Shown in pieces: positions 51,410 through 60,352 of a DNA stretch of 64,000 bases. The notes beneath the pieces were generated by a model that ran no database searches, was not told the DNA's origin, and saw nothing but the letters and a program-made list of their open reading frames with translations. The first letter of the stretch is position 1, and each line of letters begins with the position of its first letter. Both the position numbers and the translations under genes were made by a program. Source of the DNA: Candidatus Saccharimonadales bacterium (GTDB taxonomy: Bacteria; Chloroflexota; Dormibacteria; Aeolococcales; Aeolococcaceae); the NCBI GenBank assembly GCA_035532495.1, contig DATKQX010000052.1, positions 9,143 to 73,142 of the forward strand, written 5' to 3'.

Positions 51410-52117
51410 GTGGACCATCGCCGGCAGGAGAACGAGGGCGTCGCGACGCTCATCGCCGCGCTCGATGACCCGACGCGGCTGGCGCTGTATCGCTACGTTG
51501 CCGGTGCCGATCACGACGTGAGCAGGGACGAGGCGGCAACGGCCGTCCGAGCGCCGCGGGGCACATCGGTGTTTCACCTCGACAAGCTCGTCGATGCCGG
51601 CCTCCTCTCCCCTGTCTTCCGGCGCCTCAATGAGCGGGCCGGCCCTGGCGCCGGGCGGCCTGCGAAGCTCTATCGCGCATCCGAACTCGCCGTCGACCTC
51701 TCGATCCCACCGCGGCGATACATGCTTGCGGGCGAGATCCTGACATCTGCCCTGGACGCGTTGGAAGCGTCGGCGGCCGAGGTCGCGGTCCGCGACGCCG
51801 CGCGCGCCCAGGGTAGGCGCGCGGTCGCAGACGATCGCGCCGCCGGAGTGCCCGCACCCTCGCTCGACTCGACGTTGGGCGCCCTCGGCTACGAGCCGGA
51901 GGTGGAGGCCGATGGGGACATCGCGTTGCGGAATTGTCCCTTCCGCGCCCTCACGGTTCGATCGGAGCAGCGGACCTGTGCCATGAACCAGGCGTATCTC
52001 GAAGGCGTCCTCGAGAGGCTCGGTGACACCACGCATCGCGCCGAGCTGGCACCGAAGCCCGGGTACTGTTGCGTCCGCCTCGTTCAAACGCACCCGGATG
52101 GGCGGCTGGCTGCGTAA
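51410..52117 (+). CDS. ArsR-like winged-helix regulator with a C-terminal Cys-containing domain
   Basis: GTG 51410 follows GAGAGGAG. LDDPTRLALYRYV...VFHLDKLVDAGLL. The C-terminal part has NCPFRAL...C and CC. Confidence 0.7.
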   Translation: MDHRRQENEGVATLIAALDDPTRLALYRYVAGADHDVSRDEAATAVRAPRGTSVFHLDKLVDAGLLSPVFRRLNERAGPGAGRPAKLYRASELAVDLSIPPRRYMLAGEILTSALDALEASAAEVAVRDAARAQGRRAVADDRAAGVPAPSLDSTLGALGYEPEVEADGDIALRNCPFRALTVRSEQRTCAMNQAYLEGVLERLGDTTHRAELAPKPGYCCVRLVQTHPDGRLAA

Positions 52118-52171
52118 TGACCGCAGTCGCGAACCGGGGCCCGGTTGACCGAAGCGTAGCCTGACTACCCC

Positions 52172-52834
52172 ATGCCATCGGAGACTCCTCCCGGCGAGCC
52201 GGGCCGGATCGGCCGTGCCCTGACCGTCCTCGAGGACGGTCCCCATCCGCGACGCAGCGTCCCGGTCGCCGGCAATCTGATCCTCACCTCGCACGCCGGG
52301 CTCGTGATCGTGTTCTTGCTCGTGCTCCTGTATTTCACGGGTCTCGAATTCGCGCCGTTGCGCGCCGTGCACTTCGGTCTCGGGTTCGCGCTCATCCCGA
52401 TCCTGCTCGTCAAGCTCGGCAGCACGGGATGGCGAGCAGTGAACTACTACTTCGACCGCGATCCGTATCGCGCAGCCGGGCCACCGTGGTTGTTGCCGCG
52501 GATCATGGCGATGCCGCTGACCGTGTGCGCTGTCGTCGCGACGATCAGCGGCGTCGTGCTCTGGGCGACTGGGACCGACCGTGGGACGTGGGCGACGGTG
52601 CACATCTGCTCGGTGATCTCACTCGCCGTCGTCGTGGTCGTGCACCTTGCGATGTACACGCGTAAGGCCTTTCGCGCGTCGACGCGAAGCCTCGAGCAAC
52701 CGAAGACCACACGACAGGAGCGCGTCATGGTGTGGGCGCTGCTGCTCGCACTGGTCGTTGGAGCCGCGGCGGTCGGACTCGAGCCGACGTGGAACCCGTC
52801 AGCCACGCCGGCGAGCCCAACGACCCACCGTTAA
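52172..52834 (+). CDS. hypothetical polytopic membrane protein
   Basis: ORF 52172..52834, four to five hydrophobic segments, no recognised family. Confidence 0.5.
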   Translation: MPSETPPGEPGRIGRALTVLEDGPHPRRSVPVAGNLILTSHAGLVIVFLLVLLYFTGLEFAPLRAVHFGLGFALIPILLVKLGSTGWRAVNYYFDRDPYRAAGPPWLLPRIMAMPLTVCAVVATISGVVLWATGTDRGTWATVHICSVISLAVVVVVHLAMYTRKAFRASTRSLEQPKTTRQERVMVWALLLALVVGAAAVGLEPTWNPSATPASPTTHR

Positions 52835-53484
52835 GCGTTGCATGCAGCACGGAGATCCCACCCTGAGGCATACGCGTCCGTCGTGCTGGGGTTCGTTCCT
52901 GCGCAGTAGATATCGTCGACGAGCAGCGTGCCACCGAATGAGACGATCACCAGATCCGTCTTGGACGTATTCGCTCCATCGACGAACGTGACCTCGGCAA
53001 CACCACCGGTTCCGGTTCCGGTTGCGGTGACGGTGATCGTTTCGGTCGGCCATTCGGGGTCCTGACCGCCTCCAACCGCATCAGCAGGGCCACCCCCGGC
53101 GTCGCCTCCCTGGATGTCCTTGGTCAGTTGCTGTTGCAGCCGCTGCGTGAACGGGCAGAGACCGAACGGACTGCCCGCGATCGGGGTCGCGCCGGTCAGG
53201 CCGCTGTCGCATGTCGTGTAGTTGGTGCCATGCCCGACGCAAACTGGATTGGGGCAGGGAGGGAACGTCGCAGCGGCAACGACCGCGAGGGGGTCCCGGG
53301 CGTTTGCGGGAGTCGGCGTCGGCGGCACAGCCGTCGGTTCCGGTGTCGGGGCGGCAGTGGCGGCGACGCTGGGTGCCGGGGTTCGGGTCGGGCTCGTCGA
53401 TCCGCCGCACCCACCGATCACCAGCAGTGCTCCGACAGCAAACGGCGCCCGATCAACCCGCATTCGCCACATCCTCACCTGCAC
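52831..53484 (-). CDS. hypothetical lipoprotein
   Basis: Signal peptide with lipobox VIGGC, a Pro/Thr/Ala linker and a Cys-containing domain. Confidence 0.55.
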   Translation of the reverse strand: MQVRMWRMRVDRAPFAVGALLVIGGCGGSTSPTRTPAPSVAATAAPTPEPTAVPPTPTPANARDPLAVVAAATFPPCPNPVCVGHGTNYTTCDSGLTGATPIAGSPFGLCPFTQRLQQQLTKDIQGGDAGGGPADAVGGGQDPEWPTETITVTATGTGTGGVAEVTFVDGANTSKTDLVIVSFGGTLLVDDIYCAGTNPSTTDAYASGWDLRAACNA

Positions 53485-53516
53485 CCAGCGATCGATCCCG
53501 GGGCGTGGTCCGGAAC

Positions 53517-54401
53517 CTACTCCGTCGTTTGCGGAGTGTCAACGCTTGCTGGAGGGCTCGGGTGCGACTGCGTGGGTGGTCCGTGGCGTACGACTCGCTC
53601 GACAGACTCGGGCTGCTCGCCCGGTGCGATCGCCTCGAGGATCCACGTCACTCCGGCCTCTTCGAGAGACACAACCGCCTCCGGTATCGCCGCCGGATCC
53701 TCGAGCGAGAGTGCGTAGCGGATCGCGATGTCGATGTCGGGGTCGCCTCCCAGTTCCGCCAGCGTGCTCCGAATCGCGACGATGTCGTCGGGCGCCGGCG
53801 GCGATGGCGCGCCGGAGCTTGCGAAGATCGGAAAGCACCCCTGGAGGTGCGCGATCCGCACCAGTGGTCTCCGGTTCGGCCAGCGGACCGCACCCCAGAT
53901 CGGCAGCGGGCGCTGCTGGGGTCTGGGCAGAAAGGGTGTCGTCGCCACGGCATAGTGCCTGCCCTCGAAGCGCACCGCCTCCCCACCGAGGAGGCGCTGG
54001 AGGAGTTCGAGCGACTCGTCGAGCATCTCCCCTCGGAGCACCGGAGACGTCTCGTCCCCAAAGGCGCTGAACTCCTTCCAGCCGTCGTCGCCGAGGCCGA
54101 TTCCTGCGATGAGGCGACCACGCGATAGCTGGTCCAGGGTGGCCATCTGCCGCGCGAGCACCCACGGGCGGCGCCGGGGCAGCGGCGTGACCAGCGCGCC
54201 AAGGCGCATCCGCTTCGTCGCTGTCGCAACCGCCGCCATGGTCACCCACGCATCCGCGACCGCCACGCCCGGTCGGGCCAGCATGTGGTCCCAGAGGAAG
54301 AAACCATCCCAGCCGGCATCCTCGGCGGCCGTCGCGAGCGCCATCACCCTGCGCGGGTCGGCGAACTCCGCAAACGGCGGCAGGAAGACCCCGAAGCGCA
54401 C
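53517..54401 (-). CDS. luciferase-like (LLM class) F420/flavin-dependent oxidoreductase
   Basis: MRFGVFLPPF...GWDGFFLWDHM...RLIAGIGLG is typical of LLM-class oxidoreductases. Confidence 0.8.
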   Translation of the reverse strand: MRFGVFLPPFAEFADPRRVMALATAAEDAGWDGFFLWDHMLARPGVAVADAWVTMAAVATATKRMRLGALVTPLPRRRPWVLARQMATLDQLSRGRLIAGIGLGDDGWKEFSAFGDETSPVLRGEMLDESLELLQRLLGGEAVRFEGRHYAVATTPFLPRPQQRPLPIWGAVRWPNRRPLVRIAHLQGCFPIFASSGAPSPPAPDDIVAIRSTLAELGGDPDIDIAIRYALSLEDPAAIPEAVVSLEEAGVTWILEAIAPGEQPESVERVVRHGPPTQSHPSPPASVDTPQTTE

Positions 54402-54506
54402 GTGCCGATTATGAGAGCCTGTCGACGAGGATCCGATGGTTGTCGGTGTCGGCGTTGAAGAGGTCGGTCGCCGTTGGGTCCGTGGTGCGCCCTTTTTGAC
54501 GGTTGT

Positions 54507-55034
54507 CTAGTGCAGCGGCGTCGGACGAGCAACAAGGATCCCGGCCGCGGCGCCAAGCGCCGTCGCGACAGCGAGGGCGACAATTGACCACAGGAGCTCG
54601 GGCTTGTTCGTCATGACGAACACGATGCCAATCCCGCTCGCCAGCCGCGTCACCCAGGAGATGACGAAGGACGGCGCCGACAGGCGCTCGAGCGCGGCTG
54701 CATCCGTCTCGGTCTGTCCCACGGCAAGGCTGAGTCGGATGCCGTTGACGGCACCCGCAACCGCAACGAGGACCCAGGCGACCAATCCCACCGCAATCCA
54801 CGGCACCCATCCCCAGGTGCTGAACATCATGTAGAGGCCGGAGACGAGGATGGTCACGACAGACGCCGGTCCGAAGATGCGTGCCAGGCGCGCGACGCCC
54901 TCCCACTCACGTACCTGAGCGTTCGTGGTCCCGCGGCGCAGGTGGAAGAGGGCGATCCCTTCCGACGTGAACGCGGTGAACAGGAGGAGCGCGCCGACGA
55001 GGTGCACGAACAGCGCGAACGAATAGAGGCTCAT
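54507..55034 (-). CDS. hypothetical 4-TM membrane protein
   Basis: ATG 55034 overlaps the SDR stop (ATGA). Confidence 0.6.
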   Translation of the reverse strand: MSLYSFALFVHLVGALLLFTAFTSEGIALFHLRRGTTNAQVREWEGVARLARIFGPASVVTILVSGLYMMFSTWGWVPWIAVGLVAWVLVAVAGAVNGIRLSLAVGQTETDAAALERLSAPSFVISWVTRLASGIGIVFVMTNKPELLWSIVALAVATALGAAAGILVARPTPLH

Positions 55035-55795
55035 ACCATCACCTTCCCGCCGGCAATGTCGATGGTCACGCCGGTGATCCACGATGACGCTGACGAGGCG
55101 AGAAACAGCGCAGCAGCTGCGACATCGTCCGGCTGACCGATACGGCCCAGTGGGAACGTCGCGCCGAGTGCGATGCGATCCGCCGCCGACACCCATGCGC
55201 GCATGCGATCGTTCTCGACGGCGGAGGGAGCAAGGCAGTTGACGCGGATGCCATCCTTCCCGAACTCGCCGGCGAGGTGACGGGTGAACGCCACCACGCC
55301 CGCCTTGGCCGCCGCGTACGCTGCCGAGGACTTGGCCGCTTGCCGCGCCGCCGCCGATGACATCGTCACGATCGCGCCCGAGTGCCGTGCGATCATGCCT
55401 GGGAGAAAGGCGGAGATCGTGAGAAACGTCGAGGTGAGCTCGCTCTCGAGTACCGAGCGCCAGTGCTCACCCGTCTCGCGATCGGTCGGGACGGGCATGC
55501 CGTTGCCGCCGGCAAACGTCGCAAGGATGTCGACGGAACCGAGTTGCAGCTCAACCGCGCGGCGGAGCTCTGCGATGTCTTCCTCACGCGTGCAGTCCGC
55601 CGCGACGCCGATGGCTCTCGTCCCCCGCGCGGTGATCGACCCCACGGTTGTGGCGATCGCCTCCGGGTCACGGCCGACGACGGCGACGAGAGCGCCGCTG
55701 CGGGCAAACGCACGGGCGGTTGCAGCGCCGATGCCACGGGATCCGCCGGTGACCACGGCCACCTTGCCTGAAAGGTCGTCGTACCGTTCCATCAT
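55031..55795 (-). CDS. SDR-family oxidoreductase (FabG-like)
   Basis: TGGSRGIG, catalytic YAAAK, PSAV. Confidence 0.85.
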   Translation of the reverse strand: MMERYDDLSGKVAVVTGGSRGIGAATARAFARSGALVAVVGRDPEAIATTVGSITARGTRAIGVAADCTREEDIAELRRAVELQLGSVDILATFAGGNGMPVPTDRETGEHWRSVLESELTSTFLTISAFLPGMIARHSGAIVTMSSAAARQAAKSSAAYAAAKAGVVAFTRHLAGEFGKDGIRVNCLAPSAVENDRMRAWVSAADRIALGATFPLGRIGQPDDVAAAALFLASSASSWITGVTIDIAGGKVMV

Positions 55796-55815
55796 TTACA
55801 GCATACACACTGTAA
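55796..55815. promoter_or_regulatory. inverted repeat TTACAG-N8-CTGTAA in the 34-bp TetR/SDR divergent spacer (candidate TetR operator)
   Basis: Perfect 6-8-6 inverted repeat. TAGAAT (55818..55823) lies 6 nt before the TetR GTG 55830. Confidence 0.5.
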
Positions 55816-55829
55816 GCTAGAATGCAAGC

Positions 55830-56471
55830 GTGAGCCCTCGCCCTTATCGGATGCAGCGCCGCCTCGCCGGCGTCGACGCGACACGCACTCGCATCCTCAC
55901 CGCGGCTCGGCACGTGCTGGTCAGCGGCAGTCCCTTCACGCTCGACGCTGTCGCGCGCGATGCGGGCGTCGCACGCCTGACGATCTACGACCGGTTCGGT
56001 GGTCGCGATGCCTTGCTTGAGGCGGTGTTCGACGATCTCGCCGAGTCAGGCGGCCTGATCCGGCTTCCCGACGCGTTCGCAGACCCGGATCCGCTCGCCG
56101 CATTGGAACAGTTCCTCGTGATCTTCTGCCGTTTCTACTCGAAACACCGCCTCGTCCTGCGCCGCCTCAACGCGCTGGCGGTGCTGCGCCCGGGGGCCAG
56201 GGCGCACGCCGATCGCAATCCCCGGCGCCTGCAGGGGCTCCGCGTGCTCCTCGACCGCGTTGCGGCGGCCGGCCATCCGGGCGCCGGTGCTCCCGACATC
56301 GTTCACTTGGTCCACGTCCTGACCGGGTTCGCGTTCATCGACGAGCTGAGCGGCCCTGAGGGCGACCCCGCGACCATCGCGCCGCAGCTGGTCGCGCTCG
56401 TCTGGACCGTCGTCGGTCTTCAGACGGCGCGTGGGCCGACGAGCTCGAACGCTTCCCACATCGACGCGTAG
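55830..56471 (+). CDS. TetR-family transcriptional regulator
   Basis: N-terminal HTH RILTAARHVLVSGSPFTLDAVARDAGVARLTIYDRFG. Confidence 0.85.
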   Translation: MSPRPYRMQRRLAGVDATRTRILTAARHVLVSGSPFTLDAVARDAGVARLTIYDRFGGRDALLEAVFDDLAESGGLIRLPDAFADPDPLAALEQFLVIFCRFYSKHRLVLRRLNALAVLRPGARAHADRNPRRLQGLRVLLDRVAAAGHPGAGAPDIVHLVHVLTGFAFIDELSGPEGDPATIAPQLVALVWTVVGLQTARGPTSSNASHIDA

Positions 56472-59400
56472 CGACCCCTTCGGGCGAGCAACTCGTCGTG
56501 TGATCCGACCTCGACGATCTGGCCGGCGTGGAGGACGATGACCCGGTCGGCCGATCGTGCGGTCTGCAGGCGGTGCGCGATGACGACGGTCGTCCGCCCC
56601 TGTGACACCTCCTGCATCGCCGCGGCGACGTGCGCCTCGGTGACGAGGTCGAGGTTCGACGTCGCCTCGTCGAGGAGGAGGAGCGGTGGATCGACAAGCT
56701 CGGCGCGCGCCAGCGCGATGAGCTGGCGTTGCCCCGACGACAGGGACCGGCCTCGCTCGGAGAGCTCGTGGTGGTACCCACCGGCCAGGCGTGCGATGAA
56801 GTCATGGGCGCCGACGGCGCGTGCCGCGGCTTCGACGCGTGCGTCGCTCGCGTCCGGCCGTCCGTACGCGATGTTGTCCCGGATGCTCCCCGAGAAGAGG
56901 AACGCCTCCTGCGGCACGTAGCCGAGCTGCCGCCGGAACGACCGGAGGTCGACGTGCCGGAGGTCGTGGCCGTCGACTTGCACGCTGCCCTCATCCGGAT
57001 CGTAGAAACGTGCGAGGAGCTTCATGACCGTCGATTTGCCTGCACCCGTCTCGCCGACGAGCGCGACCGTCTCCCCCGCCGCCACGTGCAGGTCGATACC
57101 GCTGAGCGCCTCAGGTTGCTTGCGCCATTCAGCGTCACGAGAACGCGGCACGCGAGCGTCGGCCGGCCCGTGGCGCCCAGCGCTTTCACCGAACCACACC
57201 TGACCGCCGATCCCGATGGGATAGGAGAAGTGGACGTTGGTGAGCGCGAGGTCGCCGTGCAGACGGCCGGTCGGCTCCGGGATCTCGGGATTCGGGGTGA
57301 TCGTGTCGAGCTGCATGAGCTCGGCGATACGTCCGACCGAAACGCGTGTCTGCTGCCACGCGTCGAACACCTGCGACAGCTGCTGAATCGGCGAGAAGAA
57401 CAGGTCGATGTACAGGAGGAACGCGATCAGTGCGCCCGACGTCAGCTGCCCGGACGCGATCAACTGCGCACCGATGCCGAGCACGATCGCGTCCGCGACT
57501 GCGGACATGAACTGCACGAATGGGAAGTACGTCGCCACGAGCCTCTGCGCCGCGACTCGCGCCTCCAGGTATCGGCGGCCGAGCCGGTGGAACTGCGCGT
57601 TGGCGGCATCCTCGTGGACGAACGCCTGCGCCTCACGAACGCCTGACAGGCTCTCCTGGAAGTCGGCGTTGACAATGGCGATCCGCTCGCGGGACATGCT
57701 GTACAGACGCGCCGCCTTCTTGCGGAACACGACGGTCGCAAGAGCGAGTGGCACCGCGACCGAGAGCGTGCACAGCCCAAGGTCGGTGTTGATGATGACG
57801 AGGGCAACGCCGACACCGACGAAGGTGACGATCGACACGAGCGCTGAGAGCAGTCCGTTCTCGATGAGTGACTCGAACTGATCGACGTCGGTCGTCATGC
57901 GTGTCATGATCCGGCCCGCCATCTCGCGCTCGTAGTAGTCGAGCGACAGGCGTTGCAGCTGCGCCCAGATGCGGATGCGCAACGAGAGCATGATTCGTTG
58001 CGCCGCGCGACCGGTGACGAAGGTCTCTGCGATCTCGTCGACGAGATCGACGAGTGTCGCGACGAGGAACACGCCAGCGGCCGCGAAGAGGACCGTGGAC
58101 GATTCCTTCGACACGCCGTTGTCGATACCGATGCGCACCATGATCGGACCCGCAAGCGTCATGAGGCCGTCGATGACGACGAGCACGAGACCGAAGAGCA
58201 ATGGCCGCCGGAACTCGCGGAGCAGTCGCATCAGGCTGAAATCTCTGTCGCGACGGGACTCACGTTCCAGGTCGACTGTCGCGACGTCACGCACGGGTCG
58301 GAGTCGTGCGACGCGCGCGAGCAGCTCCGGCGTCGGTGCGAGGTTGAGGCGCCACCCACCACCGCTCCCGCCGAGACCGGGGCCAATGCTGGGCGCGCCG
58401 ACGCTGCGACCCCCGGCCATGCTCGCCGAGCGTTGGCCGGCGCCGCCCCACGCCGACGCGGTGGTCCCATCCGCGCCCGCCGACGCCGTCATTCGCGCCA
58501 GCGCCTCGATCGAGTCGATATGCTCGGCCTCTTCCTCGTCGAGCCCTGACAGCAACGTGCGGTACAGCGCGCTTCTCGCGACGAGCTCATCATGCGTGCC
58601 TTGCTCGACGATCCCACCCTCGGAGAGCACGACGATGCGATCCGCGAGATGCAGTGTCGAGCGACGGTGAGCGATGAGGAGTGTCGTCCGGCCGGCGAGG
58701 ACTCCGCGCAGCGCGTCGTGCACCGCAGCCTCGATCCTCGCGTCAATGGAGCTCGTCGCATCGTCGAGGATGAGTACGCGCGGGTCATAGAGGATCGCAC
58801 GCGCAAGCGCAATGCGCTGGCGCTGGCCACCGGAGAGGCTCAGGCCACGCTCCCCCACCGTGGTGTCGTAGCCGCGTGGCAGTTCCTCGATGAACTCGTG
58901 CGCCTGTGCTGCTCGCGCCGCTGCCTCGATCTGCGCGTCGGTGGCATCAGGCCGTCCGTAGGCGATGTTCGCGCGCACCGAGTCGGAGAAGAGAAAGCTC
59001 TCCTCGAACACAACGCCGATCTGCCGCCGCAACGAGCGCAGCCGCGCGCGGCGCACGTCGATGCCGTCGACGCAGACAGTTCCAGCCATGGGATCGTAGA
59101 AGCGTGGGATGAGCATTGCCAGGGTCGATTTGCCGCTACCGCTCGGCCCGACAAGCGCGACGCGCTCTCCCGGCGCCAGGTGCAGGGTGATCCCGCCGAG
59201 CACGGGCTCGCCGCTGCCGTACTGGAAGTGGATGTCCTCGAGGGTGACCTCACCGCGCAGCGTCGGAAGGTCGATCGCATCCGCGGCGTCGGCAATTGCT
59301 GCGGGCATGTCCAGCAACTGAAAGATGCGTTCAAGGCCGGCGCGAGCCTGCTGGCCCACGGTGAGGATGCCGGCGAGCTGACGCGCCGGTGCGATCAGCT

Positions 59401-60265
59401 GAGTCACGTATGTCGAGAACGCGAGGAAGGTGCCGAGCGTGATCTGGTGACGCAGCGCGAGCCATCCGCCGAGCGCGAGGATCGCAACCTGCGCGAGGGT
59501 CGGAATCGCTTCGAGCAGCGGCTGATATCGTGACTGGAGCCTGACCGCGCGCATCTGCGAGCCGTAGAGGACCCTGGCCGCGTCCGCGATGCGCTCCAGT
59601 TCGCGCTCTTCCTGACCGAAGGCCTTGACGACTCGAACGCCGTTGAGATCCTCATCCACGATCTGGACGAGGTCGCCTTCGCGTTGCTGCCCATCCCACG
59701 TGGCGGGAAAGATCCGCCAGCGCATGCGGTACGAGACGACGAGCACGCAGGGCACGATCACGACGCTGACCAGCGCCAGCAGCGGTGACAGGTACAGCAT
59801 CACCACGAGCGAGAGCAGGGTCAGAAGGAGGTTGCTGCTCATGATCGGGAAGAACCCGAGCAGCCCCTGGATCAGCGTCGAGTCGGAGTTCGCGCGCGCG
59901 ACGAGCTGACCGGTCGGCATCCGATTGAGGTTGTCGAAGTCCAGCGCCTGGAGGTGATCGTGCATGGCATTGCGCAGGTCGTACTGGACCGCGAGGGCCA
60001 TTCGCCCACCCCGATAGCGCCGGATGTACGCGAAGCCGAAACTCGCGCCGGCGAGCGCGACGAGGAGCACGAGCCAGGGCCAGAGCGGCGAGTTGTGCGC
60101 GACGATGACGCCGTCGACGATCTGGCGCGCGACCAGCGGGACCGCGGTCTGCGACAGGCTTCCCAGCATCGCCGCGCCGAGGGAGAGCAGGACATCGCCG
60201 CGGTGCCGCAGCGTGTATCCGGCGAGCCGCCGTATCCAGCCCGGTTGCGCGGCGGCCTCAGCCAA
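56420..60265 (-). CDS. fused full-length ABC exporter (TMD-NBD-TMD-NBD, type I exporter fold)
   Basis: 1281 aa. Two Walker A motifs (GPSGSGKST, GETGAGKST), two signature motifs (LSGGQRQ, LSSGQRQ), two Walker B motifs (ILDDATS, LLDEATS). TTG start at 60265. Confidence 0.9.
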   Translation of the reverse strand: MAEAAAQPGWIRRLAGYTLRHRGDVLLSLGAAMLGSLSQTAVPLVARQIVDGVIVAHNSPLWPWLVLLVALAGASFGFAYIRRYRGGRMALAVQYDLRNAMHDHLQALDFDNLNRMPTGQLVARANSDSTLIQGLLGFFPIMSSNLLLTLLSLVVMLYLSPLLALVSVVIVPCVLVVSYRMRWRIFPATWDGQQREGDLVQIVDEDLNGVRVVKAFGQEERELERIADAARVLYGSQMRAVRLQSRYQPLLEAIPTLAQVAILALGGWLALRHQITLGTFLAFSTYVTQLIAPARQLAGILTVGQQARAGLERIFQLLDMPAAIADAADAIDLPTLRGEVTLEDIHFQYGSGEPVLGGITLHLAPGERVALVGPSGSGKSTLAMLIPRFYDPMAGTVCVDGIDVRRARLRSLRRQIGVVFEESFLFSDSVRANIAYGRPDATDAQIEAAARAAQAHEFIEELPRGYDTTVGERGLSLSGGQRQRIALARAILYDPRVLILDDATSSIDARIEAAVHDALRGVLAGRTTLLIAHRRSTLHLADRIVVLSEGGIVEQGTHDELVARSALYRTLLSGLDEEEAEHIDSIEALARMTASAGADGTTASAWGGAGQRSASMAGGRSVGAPSIGPGLGGSGGGWRLNLAPTPELLARVARLRPVRDVATVDLERESRRDRDFSLMRLLREFRRPLLFGLVLVVIDGLMTLAGPIMVRIGIDNGVSKESSTVLFAAAGVFLVATLVDLVDEIAETFVTGRAAQRIMLSLRIRIWAQLQRLSLDYYEREMAGRIMTRMTTDVDQFESLIENGLLSALVSIVTFVGVGVALVIINTDLGLCTLSVAVPLALATVVFRKKAARLYSMSRERIAIVNADFQESLSGVREAQAFVHEDAANAQFHRLGRRYLEARVAAQRLVATYFPFVQFMSAVADAIVLGIGAQLIASGQLTSGALIAFLLYIDLFFSPIQQLSQVFDAWQQTRVSVGRIAELMQLDTITPNPEIPEPTGRLHGDLALTNVHFSYPIGIGGQVWFGESAGRHGPADARVPRSRDAEWRKQPEALSGIDLHVAAGETVALVGETGAGKSTVMKLLARFYDPDEGSVQVDGHDLRHVDLRSFRRQLGYVPQEAFLFSGSIRDNIAYGRPDASDARVEAAARAVGAHDFIARLAGGYHHELSERGRSLSSGQRQLIALARAELVDPPLLLLDEATSNLDLVTEAHVAAAMQEVSQGRTTVVIAHRLQTARSADRVIVLHAGQIVEVGSHDELLARRGRYASMWEAFELVGPRAV

Positions 60266-60352
60266 GGGAGTTCAGATGCGTGCTATCCACTCACAGCGTT
60301 CAAACGACACGCTCAAGGATACCCTCGCACTCCTGTGCGAGGATGTCGCACG

